Shown here piece after piece: positions 24,666 to 37,812 of a stretch of DNA of 64,000 nucleotides. Below the pieces are notes generated by a model. It did no database searches. It was not told where the DNA came from and saw nothing but the letters and a program-made list of their open reading frames with translations. Each line of letters begins with the position of its first letter. Positions within the stretch are counted from its first letter, which is position 1. The stretch comes from Octopus sinensis. Its lineage: Eukaryota. The stretch lies in assembly GCF_006345805.1 (NCBI RefSeq), contig NC_043004.1, positions 1,178,001-1,242,000 of the forward strand, in the 5' to 3' direction. The translations under genes and the position numbers were made by a program.

Positions 24666-24920
24666 GCTGCTATCTTTACATTATTTACATTTGACGGATA
24701 TTTGTCCTCATCTTGTTTATCGTTAACATATCATTTCAGCTGATATACCCTCCAGCCTTCATCAGGTGTCTTTGGGAAATTTCGAACCTGGGTTCTCATT
24801 CCTAAGGTATTTTTCAATGTTATCATCATCATCATCATCACCACCACCACCACCACCACTATTATTTTTATCCAGGTCACTTCCTGGAATCAAACTAGGA
24901 ATCACTACGCCATATGCCTG
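24664..24920 (-). mobile_element. Family H minus copy (HHR core mutated)
   Basis: Minus strand reads GACAC-CTGATGA-AGGCTG...CAGCT-GAAA-TGAT-ATGTT (24726-24770). The head has an internal deletion. Confidence 0.8.
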
Positions 24921-25197
24921 GGTTAAGAGTGTGGGCTACTAACCCCAAGATTCCGAGTTCGATTCCAGGCAGTGACCTGAATAATAATAATAATGATGAT
25001 GATGATGATAATAATAACAACAACATCGAAAAATACCTTAGGTATGAGAACTCAGGTTCGAAATTTTCCCAGGATACCTGATGAAGGCTGAAGGGTATAT
25101 CAGCCGAAACGTTGTGTTAACAACAAACAAGATGAGGACGAATATCCGTCGAATGTAGATAATGTACATTATTCCTCATCTCTTAAATATAGAACTG
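24921..25197 (+). mobile_element. Family H plus copy with intact minimal type I hammerhead
   Basis: tRNA-like head ending GAGTTCGATTCC (B box), then (AAT/GAT)n, then GATAC-CTGATGA-A-GGCTG-aagggtatat-CAGCC-GAAA-CGTT-GTGTT. Confidence 0.82.
25073..25118 (+). ncRNA. Predicted minimal type I hammerhead ribozyme (cleavage after GUU at 25113)
   Basis: Core CUGAUGA at 25078-25084 and GAAA at 25106-25109. Stem II GGCUG/CAGCC; stem I GAUAC/GUGUU (two G-U pairs); loop-less palindromic stem III ACGU, as in dimer-forming minimal HHRs of Penelope-like elements. Confidence 0.7.
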
Positions 25198-26245
25198 CTG
25201 CAGAGGATTCGGAAAGTGTTGGATAAGTCTAACAGTGATTATGAAGGAATGGACGCTCAGAAAACACACTCAGATCGTTCTGATAAGAAAAGAACTCCAG
25301 AATTTGTTGGTGAGATCCAGGCCAGAATTGACAACGATCCCTCCAAGTCAATCAGGGACATGGGTGTGTCTGAGTTTCTTATCAGGCCGGTAGTGCATGA
25401 AGATATTCAGTATTCCTCATACTAGATGAGAAACAGCCAGTTTTTATCCCAAGCCATCAAGGAAAAGAGGGAAGACTGTGCTACGAAGATTTCGAACAAA
25501 CTCAAGTATCTCCTCCAACTGAAAATGCTTTGGTCTTTCTCAGACGAGAGAAATTTCTGCCAGGATCAGATGGTGAACACACAGAACAATCGTTGGTTTG
25601 CCGTGTCCCCAAAACATGAACCGAGAGTGAAAGAAAATCAAACATCCAGTCAACATCATGGTGTTTGGAGTGATCACCAGTGATGGCAATGTTATACCTC
25701 CATTTATCTTCCCACACGGTCACAGACTCACATGGAGACCTACATCAAGTGCCTGGATGAGGTAGTGCTACCCTGGATCAAGAGGGTGGCTGCTGGAAGA
25801 CTCTATGTCTGGCAACAGGACTCTGTACCATGCCACACAAGCAGGGGAACCCAGTCATGGATGTCAGACAATTTCTGTGACCACATCACCCATAACATCT
25901 ATCCACCTAACTCCCCAGACTGCAACCCCCTTGATTATTATGTGTGGGATGCAGTTGAGCGAGAGACCAACAAAACTCTTTGTAACACCAAAGATGGTCT
26001 AAAGGCAAGAATTATGGCAGCATTCACCAACTTAAACAAGGAAACCGCCTAGAAGAGTTGCAGGGGATTCCGAAGTCGTCTTGAGGCCATGGTTGAAGCC
26101 AATGGCGATTTTATTGAATAAATTTACTCTTTAGTATTGCAAGATATTTTTTATGTAATTTTGGTTAATATATCTGTTAAAAGGAGATGTCAGTGTTATC
26201 TTCATTTTTGCGCAATTTACACAACAGTTTATTCACCACACCTTG
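25198..26245 (+). mobile_element. Decayed DD37D (maT/Bmmar1-like) mariner transposon, 5' end missing
   Basis: FSDERNF ... WQQDSVPCH ... PPNSPDCNPLDYYVW, with 37 residues between the second and third Asp. Stops and frameshifts present; right TIR-like end ...CACCTTGTA. Confidence 0.9.
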
Positions 26246-26463
26246 TATACACACACACACACAAATGCTCTCAAACTTACACAAGCACACACAGATGCCT
26301 GATCAGCTAGGTTCCTTCTATGTGTCTGCAAATCTAAGCTGCATGCAGCTGAGGTAAATATGATTAAATAATACATGTAACTCCTATGAAATGTGTTCAG
26401 TGTCACCTTCTTTTGTTTGTCCACTCACTTGTATGCATGTGTGTGTATGTGCATGCATGCGCA

Positions 26464-26497
<34 letters not shown>

Positions 26498-26823
26498 CAC
26501 ACAAAGTATATAAAAAGCACCCACTAGACTCTGAGTGTAGTGGGTGCTTTTTACGTGCCACCGGTATGAGGGTCAGTCAAGTAGCACTAGCATCAACCAC
26601 GTTTGAATGGTGCATTTTATGTGCCACTGGCATCGACCATGCCCGAATGTTGATTTTTATGTGCCACCTGCACGGGAGCCAGTTAGGCAGTACTGGCATT
26701 GACCACGCTTGAATGGTGCTTTTTATGCGCCACTGGCATGGGAGCCAGTCAGGCCACCTTTTATAGAAACACCACAATTAATCCAGTCTTCAAATGAAAA
26801 AAAAAAAAAAAAAAAAGAATTAC

Positions 26824-26934
26824 CAAAAGATTCTTGTGTTGTTGCATTTTTTGTTCAATAATTTGCAGGTCCTTTTCTCTCTTAAGACGTTTTTTCAGTA
26901 GATTGTATTGCTTTTGCTGTTCAAGGGCCAATGT
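26824..26934 (-). CDS. UTP11: UTP11 penultimate coding exon (111 nt, phase 0/0)
   Basis: Acceptor TTTCTCTCTTTTTCTCTCTTGTAG and donor TTG|GTAATT. Encodes TLALEQQKQYNLLKKRLKREKDLQIIEQKMQQHKNLL, which resembles human RIAKERQKQYNCLTQRIEREKKLFVIAQKIQTRKDLM (recalled). Splices in frame to 11980. Confidence 0.9.
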
Positions 26935-29900
26935 CTACAAGAGAGAAAAAGAGAGAAATAGTAAGACCAATCACAACAAAAACCACATGTGAAAGAGTTC
27001 CATGAAGAAACATGGCTTTTATTTGTTTAAACAAAAATCTAATGCCTAAGATATTGGTTGTTTACAGCTTCAGACAAAAATACCTTTTGGGATATAATTA
27101 TGTTTTTTTTTTTATGGATGAGTTCAAATTGTAGCAAGCTGTACTCTCTTTTTTGCCCTTCCAAGGTCACTAAAATATAATACCAGTCATGAGTTGAAGT
27201 TAATATAACCGAACATTCGATTCCCCCAAAATGCATCACTGTTTGTTGAATTGTGGCAACCAGTGCTGCTTGAATAAAGCTGTAGATTGAAATCCCATCC
27301 CTGTTGATATTTAGAAGATGATTTACTTCAGTGAAATATAAAATGTATGGCTGACTATTTGAATAGTTCAAGTTGTAATCATAACACATTCATTGTGGGA
27401 CATAAAAATTTAGGACGTTAATATTTAGGATAATGTTAGGGAGTTTATTGAAGAAGATTTAGCAAATAGACTAAGAAAACCCAAGTGAAAGATCCTTCCT
27501 GGCTGACATATATATTCTTGTTAACTATCAGCCCAGTCTCTCTTATTTTCCTTTCTGCTCTGAACAAACTGATAATAAATTTTTCCAAGTAGCTGTGAGC
27601 ATCCAGCCTTTATTGTGAAGCTTGTTGTTCTAACATTTATGATTTGAATTTAACTGCTATGTTTATCAAGTTGAGCTAAACTTCCTTGTTAATACATAAA
27701 TTTAACAGGTGTAAGAAAAACCGACAGAAATTGAACAAAGAAAACTAATATTTATATAATATAATTTCATTCTCTTCTAAGACCACGGTCTCTTTCATCA
27801 TTACGTTGCTCTGTGAAAATTCAATGAACGTGTGTCTGTGTGAGTTTATATAAATGAGGCATAAATGTAAGCAGAGCTACAAAAGCTTTCATTGTGGAAA
27901 CCATTGCATAGACATATATCCCATTTAATTTCGATGTGAACAAACCAGATTTCTAAGTTTTACAACATTACAGCAACAAACATTTCACAAGTACCATATT
28001 GGATATAATAGAGGAAGCATTCATCTTAATCAAACAGAACAAAGAAATCACCGATTTGAAAGAATCTTTCCATAACAGAGGTGAGAACATCTGACTTCTA
28101 GCGGGGTGGCAGAAGATTCTGACTAATGTTTTTGAAAAGGTGAACATTATCAAAGAAAGTTGTTGTTAACATTAGAGAAATAGGCATATTTATCCAAAAT
28201 GACAGTTCCATTATATTAAGCAGGTCTTTAAATCACGTCTCATTCCTATTACTTTACCACACTCTTTTATTCTGCTGATCGGCACCCGATGTTGCTGCTG
28301 AATAATCATACATTTCATTTTGACCTGATGAATACAATTAAATGACCAGAGAGCCATTAACTTTAGCAGCAATATCTAAAATGAATAATGTCAACAATGG
28401 CAAAACCAAAGAACTTCATCAACACTTGAATGTCTTGACAGAATCAGAATGATAAAAGAACAAAAGAAAATAAATCCCCAATTAACTATTAACTCAAAGA
28501 TGTCTGCGATAACCTCCGATAGTTTCTCTTTACACTTTCTTCTATTTATTATTACAAATGAAACTGTATCATATCTTCTTCAACTGCTTAATAATCACAG
28601 TTTGGAAACCTGCCAGGCAGCTGACCATTTCTTCTTTACAGGAATTCAGTCCAGCTACAGCTATTCCATTTATGATGCAAATGCTGCAACATGACGGAAA
28701 ATCTCGGTGAGCTGAGTGAAGGATAGGAGTTCCATTCCTATTGGAGTCAGTCCATTCTTCTGATACCACATGGTTTCCAGAAGGACCAATAAGGGAGGTT
28801 CTACACTTGTGATGGCAAACCCATCATCATCATCAGCATCATCATCGTTTAATGTCCGTTTTCCGTGCTAGTATGGGTTGGACGGTTCGACCGGGTTTTG
28901 GGAAGCCAGGAGGCTGCACTAGGCTCCAGTCTGATCTGGCAGTGTTTCTACAGCTGGATGCCCTTTCTAACACCAACCACTCCGTAAGTGTAGTGGGTGC
29001 TTTTTACGTGTCACAGGCACAGAAGCCAGTCAAGGTGGTGCTGGCATTGGCCATGTTCGGATGTTGCTTTTTATATGCCAATGGCACAGGTATCACAAGT
29101 GCATCGAAATTGAAATGTCTTTGATAATCCTCTTACTGAAGGGTCACGTGTATGTATACATGTAATTTAGTTTTAATAAATACTTATAGATTAAAATTTT
29201 TTTTTATAATGTGATATTGCAGGGAAATAAAAAAAAATGCAAAACACTTAAAAATCTACAGCATACCATTGTTGAATCACAAGTCATAGACTTGCAATCA
29301 CTATTCTATGTGACCACTTGACTTGCGACAAATAATGGTATATTGCAGCCAACAATTTCATCATCATCATCATCATCTTTTAATGTCCGCTTTCCATGCT
29401 GGCATGGGCTGGATTGTTTGACTGAGGACTAGCAAGCCGAGAGGCTTCATTAGGCTCCAGTCTAATCGGGCATGGTTTCTGACATCAACCACGCTTGAAT
29501 GACATCTAAAAAGGAAGTATCATTTTCATAGATATGCTCAATCAAAGGCAGACTAACCATAACCATAAATAACAGCAGCATCAGTTCAGTCTTAATCCAG
29601 AACAGAGTATTATTTCTAATGCTCTGTTTTGGACTAAGTTGATCCAACCATGGCCTCAGTGATGGCCCAATACAAGTGTAATGAGATGAGATGTTATTTG
29701 TTTACCATTTGTTTCAAATATGGCTTTGCAATGTCTTTGATTATATAGGAATTTACTTGATCAGAGCCAAGCCAACATTACACAGGGGGAAAAAAAACAA
29801 TAATAACAAAACAAAGCATTTAACTGTATGTAGCTTAAATAAAATATGCAGTATCCATGATGGGATATGAACCTAAGAGTCTTTAACTGGCAGAGTCTGT

Positions 29901-30427
29901 AACCCAACCAGCTGGGCCAGACGTAAATCCATACAAAACAATGATAATATTGTTGGAAAGAGAATAATGAATATGAAAGCAAATGCTAGAATATCGATAT
30001 GCAATGTTAGTTTCCTAGTTGCAACATATTTCCAAAGACAGAATGTGAAGAGTTCCCAGACACAAAAGGAAACCCGTTCACACCCCAGTTAACCCTTTAA
30101 TGATACAAACACAAAAAAAGAAACTGCCCCTTCTTTTCTTTTGCTTGTTATTATAATCTAATGTTGCTTGAAAGGACAGGAAAAGTCAAACATAAACTCT
30201 TGAAAAAAATGATGCTGCTGCTGATGGGGTTGGCAGCAGTAGAGGGTGGCAATGATGGTGATGGTGATGAGAATTGTAGTGATCATCATGATCGTGGTTG
30301 CTGTTGATTCCCTTTTTATATCGCATTTCTATTTTGGCCCCCCCCATTGTGTAACGTCATCAATAACAACAACGATAATTTTCTTAAGCAGCAGCGAAAA
30401 CAACTTCTAAAAGGCAAGGAGAAAGAC

Positions 30428-30476
<49 letters not shown>

Positions 30477-30793
30477 GAGGGAGAGAGAGAGAGGGAGAGA
30501 GAGAGAGAGAGAGAAATGATTGGTCAATTTAGAAATCATTTCTTTTTTAAGCAACAGAATATGTCTACGCACACACACACACACACGCGCACACACACAC
30601 ATGCATAAATCTAATGCATTTTGTGAGGAGAAGGGAAGGAGTGCACAATTTGACAAAAAAATAAATAAAACATTTCCTCTCACTCCCATTTGCCTTCATC
30701 TTCTCTCTCTTCTTTTTTGTAATATGCTTAGTCTTTTAAAGCGATGTAAAAAGTTAGCAGGTATGCATGTATATATGATATATATATATATAT

Positions 30794-30825
<32 letters not shown>

Positions 30826-32639
30826 TTATGTGTGGGTGTATGTGCATGTATTTAGGTCTTTGCATACACCCACACAAATGCACCCACATATATACATACA
30901 AAGATAATAGTATGCGTCTGTGTATGGTAGTGACAAGTTGTGGCTGATAGTGTGATGCATAGTAGCTTCCTTGTAAACTGGCCGATGAAGCATAACACGG
31001 CCCATACATGGCAAGATGATTTTTTCAAATCTGAACAACAGGAAAACAAGAAAGAACAAAGTCTTCAGAATCGGAAATCAGAAAAGAAAAAAAAAAGAGA
31101 TAAAAACAAACACCAACAGACAATTCTTAAAGAAGCCAGTTTTTTTTTTACGTTGTTAAGGCCTCGACAAGATGTTCCTTGGTTGTGTCTTTTGTCTGCT
31201 TAGTGCCTTTCTCTCTTTACTTGTTACAGGCAGCTGTTCTCTGGTGTACAATTCCTTTAATGAACAATAAATGATGTTGGGATGGGTTGGTGGGAGGGCA
31301 ATGGGGAAGATACAACAACAACAACAACAGCAATAATCACAACAACAGAGATAACACCAACAATACCATGATAACAGTAAGGGATGATGATCAGAGAAAA
31401 ATAATAGAAATTGAACTGAGTGGAATATATTTAGAATTTTGTTGGTATTTTTGTTATTATAGTAATAAACCCTGAAAATCTGTGTTGTTTGTTACAACCC
31501 CTGTAAATATCTGCATCAGTCCTCTGCACAATAAACTCGGAAAATAGCTTCTTTATTATTTGTTGTCTTTTTGAACAGTTTAAATGTCAACTTCAACTGT
31601 CCTTAAGATGTAAGAAGACATGTAATAAGTGTGAATCTGGAGACGTGTGCCTCACATGCAGATGTGTGGGAATATACTCCGGCAGATGCGTGTAGGTGTG
31701 TGTAGGCGTGTTTGTATACATACATACATACATACATACATAAATATATGTTATATGTTTATATATAATGTATACATATGCATACATGTGAACAAAGAAC
31801 AATATATACCTGTATATAAACTACCAAACATGACAGAACATATGTGCATGCACAAGCTTGTGTATTTGAAGGCATAAATATATAAACATACACACACACA
31901 CACACACACATGCATGCATGCACATACATACAGGAAGTGAAAGATATAGGTAAACACACACAAACAACATAGACCAGTGGAGAAGTACAAGCAGAAGTCA
32001 ATAATAAAGGGGAAAGTATGAAATGGCAGATTTCATGAGCTGTGGTGGAAACATTATCAAACATACAACAGGATCATACACTCGGATGAACGATTTTGAA
32101 AAGGTGCAAATTGTGTGTCCTGTAGATATTGGCCAGATAATGCAGCTGTAGGTGTTTGTAAAAGTCAAAGATGAATATGTTGAAAGAGGGGGACAATGGC
32201 AAGGAGATAGAGAGAGAGAGGAAGAGAGGAAACTGTAGCAGGGATGGAGAGACGGAGAGAAAGAAGAGAAATGTCACATAGGCATAAAGATGACTATACA
32301 AACACAGAGAAAATATCACTGCAATGGATTAGACAAATATATTCAGCAAATTATTCTGGGATATTTCCCTACCATTTACTTATTATCTTTTGTAGCTGTT
32401 TACATTCCCTGACATGCATTTTGAATAGAAGATAAACAGACGTATATCAAATGTATCCATTAATGGGTTAATTAGTGCAAATGAACAACCAGGGATTAAC
32501 CCTTTAGTATTTTGATTACTCTGTCAAATATAATACTTGTTAATTCACGTTGTTTTGACTTCATCTGCATTATTTTTCATAGTTATGAGATTTTGATAAT
32601 GTGTCTTTCTTTTACTCTTTTACTTGTTAAATGATGATG

Positions 32640-32676
<37 letters not shown>

Positions 32677-34591
32677 AGCTTTGATCAGCTGAAAGCTATA
32701 GTAGCTCTCCTTCATGTTTTGTGTTAATCAGAGGGTGCCGTGTTTGTTTAGTTGCAGGTCAAACCTAATTGAGTAAACCAATGAACCAAAACATTCTAAC
32801 CATGACTATTCCTTCTTTTTAGGAAGGGTTACATTATCTACTGTATCAGGTTGTTACATCATATGGTAGGATGTGATTTGGGGGAGATTTGGTTGGTATT
32901 TTTAACAGGTTGACTGCCCACATAGTGGTTCTCTCACAGGGAAAAAAATCTCTCGGCTTCAGTTGACCAAACAAGGATTCAACACAGCATTTCAGGCTAA
33001 TGAAAGCCCCCTAATCCTAACCCAACTAACAGCTATTCACTCAACCAGCTGTGACTTCTGTCTGGGGTTAGAACATATGAATAATTTATAGATAATTATT
33101 AGATAATTAGGTAATTTCCTTGATGGGAATCTAAGCTCTCTTCTTTCAATCAGACAAGAGCGTTAACCACTAGTTTTAGGAAACTGCCATTGTTGATAAT
33201 AAATTAAGCTCTCAGTAAATAATGGCAGTTGACAGGTTTAATTTGGTGGCAGAAGTTGTGGCTTTGGTGTAATGGTTAGCATGCTTGCTTAGTCAACAAG
33301 AGGCTGATTGTTTGATTTCCATTGAGGGCTGTTGCATTCCCCCTTCCATGCTAGCTTTAATTTACATATGCAGATTAGTTAATTGATTAAAATTCCATAT
33401 TATTGTGCATGAGTGTGAATGTCAGTGACTGTGGGCATGTAAGTGTGCATGTGTGTGAGTATGAAATATGAGCGCGCGCGTGTGTGTGAGTGTATAAATA
33501 TTCATGTATGCGACAATGTAAACATGAATGGGTGTAATATTAATGTACTTCTTTCTCTATTGCAAAATTTTTATGAGAATCTTTGGTATTAAATCATCAT
33601 CATCGTCATAGTTGAAGTTTAATGTCTGCTTTCCATGCTGGCATGGGTTTGACAGTTTGACTGAGGGCTAGCAAGCCAGAAGGCAACATCAGGCTCCAAT
33701 CTGATCTGGCAAGGTTTCTACAGCTTGATGCCCATCCTAATGCCAACTGCTCCGAGAGTGTAGTGGCTGTCTTTTTACATGCCACTGGCATGCGGGTCAG
33801 TCAGGCGGTACCGGCATTGACCATGCTTGAATGGTGCTTTTTACATGCCACTGGCATAGGAGCCAATCAGACAGACCAGGGATCAACCATGTCCAAATGG
33901 TGCTTGTTTCGTGCCACTGGCATGGAACCAGTCAGTCGACACTGACACCAATCATGCTCAAATGGTGCTTTTCATGTGCAACTGACATGGGACCAGTCAG
34001 CCAGCACTGGCAACATTCACATATGAATGGTGCTTTTTACTTGCCTTTCAGGACAAGTGTCTGTAGGAAAGAGTAAACCCGACAGATGCAACCCTACTTC
34101 TGAGTGTAGATTTTTGTGCTTGCTTGGATGACACTGTTAATCCTTAGCCAGGTTCTCTTTAAACTGCAGCTTCTTCCCATCCTTATCAAAAGACACATTG
34201 AATAGAATCTTTTGAACATCAGAATATGAAGTGAAACATTACAAGTGGAAAGTTAACCACAAATGCAGGACAATAAATGCGGAACCAAATGACTCGGTTA
34301 GTTTTCTCTGCAAGGAGTAAAACTTGTATAATAACAGGATCGCTTCAAAGAATTACCTTCTGTCTTTTACTGGTTCCAGTCATTAGACTATGGCCATGCT
34401 GGGGCACTGCCTTGAAGAATTTTTAGTTGAATGAATTGATCCCTGTGCTTATTCTTTTTACAAAGCCTGGTTCTTATTCTATCAGTCACTTTTTGCTGAG
34501 CTGTTAAGTTACAGAGATATAAATGCATCAACACTGGTTGTCAAGCGGTGGTGGAGGGATAAACACAGTCTCGAAGACACACACACAACAT

Positions 34592-34650
<59 letters not shown>

Positions 34651-34651
34651 G

Positions 34652-34936
34652 GAGCTGTAATGGCCCAGTGGTTAGGGTAGCGGACTCGTGGTTTTGATTC
34701 CCAGACCGGGCGTTGTGAGTGTTTATTGAGTGAAAACACTTAAAGCTCCATGAGGCTCTGGCATGGGGTGGTGGCGATCCCTGCTGTACTCTTTCGCCAC
34801 AACTTTCTCTCACTCTTTCTTCTGTTGGCCTGCTCGCTTACCCAGCAGGGTGGTGTCATTTGAAGGCTAAAACAATGCGAAGTGCATTGTGACCAGCGAT
34901 GTGTAGCAACATCTGATAGCCTGGTTGGTCACGGTG

Positions 34937-34940
<4 letters not shown>
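34652..34940 (+). mobile_element. tRNA-derived SINE, a further family
   Basis: GGAGCTGTAATGGCCCAGTGGTTAGG (A-box-like), degenerate B box, non-coding body ending in (TA)n; only one copy seen here. Confidence 0.6.
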
Positions 34941-34992
<52 letters not shown>

Positions 34993-35773
34993 GCGATGGG
35001 CTTCTTTCAGTTTCTGTCCACAAAATCCACTCACAAGGCTTTGATTGGCCAACATATATTAGAAGTGTCTTCTAATAAAGGCCAACATCTCTGTGTTTAT
35101 TGTTCAAATCCTCAGATAAGCTTAAGTTCAGTTTCCCAATACTTTTTAGAAATTCAACACCTCTCCTCACCCCTGCTTCCACTACATCACCTCTCTCATC
35201 TTTCTCTCACTCTGCATCCTCCCATCTTTTTCTCTTACTCCCCCCTCTCTCTCTCACACACACACACACACACATTTGTGTGTATTAGAAGAAACTTGTC
35301 CAAGGTGCCATGCAGTGGGACTGAACCCAGAACCACGGGGGCTGAGGAGCAAGGTTCTTACTACACAGCCAAACCTGTACCCAATAAGCCATTAAGGTGT
35401 CTAGCAATGCTCCCTTCAATAGCTGAATCAAATATAACAAAAAATAAGACTATTTCTGAGACCCTTCTAACAGAATCATTCAAATGATTTCATTCCTCCG
35501 CCCACAGTTAGGTTTCCTTCCACATCACAATGAGAACAGACAAAAGAAAAACACAAGCACTCGCAATAAAATAAAATTATCTAATTTAAGTAAAATCTGA
35601 TGGCACAAGGAAGAGAATACACAGAAAACTATCAGAATTAATTGTTTGCCAACGTACGGATAACTTACAGTAGGTGATATTATCTTACAAGGGAGGCCTA
35701 AACAATAATGGCAAAAATAATTGGAAATTTCAGAAGAAACTGAACAAGCGCAAATGTGTGTGTGTGTGTATGA

Positions 35774-35836
<63 letters not shown>

Positions 35837-37330
35837 GGGATGATGCAGAGTGAGAGAAAGAGAGAGGTGATGTAGAGGAAGCAGGGGAGGGGGTCGAGGA
35901 GGAGGGTTGTTGAATTTGTAAAAAGTATTGGGGAACTGGACTTAAGCTCATCTGGGGACTTCAACAACAAACACAGAAAATGTTGGCCTTTATATGTGTT
36001 TCCTGATGCTTTTGTCATTCCTCGTGTCAGTTTTATTATTAACAACAGATCTGTCCTTTCGTTAAGTTAATCTGGGGAATAAGGGAGCAGAAAGTGTGAC
36101 TGGCCGACAGACACTGTTGTAAGCTATAATGGCAACGAGGAGAAAAGCTGTTGAAAATGAACTCAGTCTAAATAGAATGTTCGGCAGAAAATAGCTGGAG
36201 TATAATCTATATAATTGGCTAAATGACATCTTAAATACAACCACACAACTAACAGCAACAAAACAGAGTTTTTGCAGCGTTAGGTTTTGTTTTTGAGGTT
36301 TTTTTTTATATATATTTGATGTATTTTTTTTTTTTTTGTTTTTACTTTCGTCATTCTTCATTCTTGAACTCTTTTACCATGAAGATAGAAAAGAATGAAA
36401 GTATTTAAAACAAACAAACAAACAAACAAACAAACAAACAAACAAACAAACAAAAGTGTGTAGATGTATTTTCAGGGAGTTGACCACCAGAAATGGTATT
36501 AATATCACAGAACTCTTTGGAGAATTGAACCATTTCCAAAATGGTAAAAAGCTACACCAATTAGCTGAGTGAATGCAACCATATATTACTCAAACTATAA
36601 GCAGGACGCAAGCTGACGTTATAGAAATCTTTGTTACATAGTAATATGAGTGATTGACAGATGGTAGTGATTGACAGATGGTGGTGAAATTAGAGATGAA
36701 TAAATAAAAGACACAAGGAGAATGGTATTTTCTACAACCATAATGCCAACAACATCCAGTAACAACTTCCATTTAAAGGAATGATGATAATGATGATGAT
36801 GGTGATGAAATTATGGTGGATAAAGAACATAATGATGGTGACAATAAGGGAAATAAGAATGATGCTGATGATGGTAATAAAAGAGAAGATGAAGGAGTGA
36901 CATAGGAATAAATGAACCAACAAGAAAGCTGTTAACCTGTTAGAAATAGCCACAAAATCCCTTTCTTAAATCACACCCAACTATCTCTAGAAAAGGATAT
37001 GTTAGATAACACTAGGTTAAATACAGAATGCTTGAAAATAAGATGGATATGCTTGATTGAGACCGACCTAGGGCTAAACAGCAGCAATTAAATATAGAAA
37101 AAAAACTGGACAATGAATGAGAAGTAAACAATTTAGATGCTCTTCAGTGAAGGTATAAACCAGGCATGGGTAATGTTTTATGGGAAGTGGTTTGCATGAA
37201 ACATGGCTCAGCATCAGGCTATTAAAATATTCAAAGTAAATTCTCGTTATGTGTGCCATTCAGAAAGTCCAGCAATGTGCAGCTCCACAGCCCATCCATT
37301 TTTATCCCTCAATATCATACTCTACTCAGT

Positions 37331-37812
37331 AGGTGTACTGCTCTGGGTTAAGAGGGTGGCTGCTGGAAGATCCTATGTCTGGCAACAGGACTCTGCACTA
37401 TGCCACACAAGCAAGAGAACCAAGTCATGGACGTCAGACAATTTCTGTGACCACATCACCCATAACATCTGTCCACCTAACTCCCCAGATGCAACCCCTT
37501 AGATTATTATGTGTGAGGCGCAGTTGAGCAAGTAAGTTAGCAAGAAAACTCCTTGTAACACCAAAGATGAACTGAAGGCAAAGATTATGGCAGCATTCAC
37601 CGACTTAAACAAGGAGACTGTCCAGAAGAGTTGCAAGGAGATTCTGAAGTTGTCTGGAGGCTGTGACTGAAGCCAATGACGATTTTGAATAAGTTTACTC
37701 TTTACTATTTCGAGATATTTTTATGTAATTTTGGTAAATATATCTGTTGAAATGAGATTTCAGGGTTATTTTCAATTTTGCATAATTTAGACAGTTTATT
37801 CATTGCACCCTG
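37331..37812 (+). mobile_element. 3' fragment of the same DD37D mariner family
   Basis: WQQDSALCHTSKRTKSWTSDNFCDHITHNICPPNSPD is near-identical to 25790-26245; ends ...TTGCACCCTG. Confidence 0.88.

Noticed and set aside
24921-24975. tRNA-like heads of the SINE families as functional tRNA genes
   Set aside because: No complete acceptor stem or cloverleaf; each is fused to a repeated body and tail.
11981-26823. Intronic C/D-box snoRNAs in UTP11
   Set aside because: Box C-like TGATGA motifs here come from (GAT)n repeat tails; no terminal stem or rRNA guide could be supported by eye.
28642-28706. Plus-strand AG...GT-bounded 65-nt segment (EFSPATAIPFMMQMLQHDGKS)
   Set aside because: Unrecognised peptide, no partner exons identified, and such borders are frequent by chance; the surrounding sequence may be a very old LINE relic.
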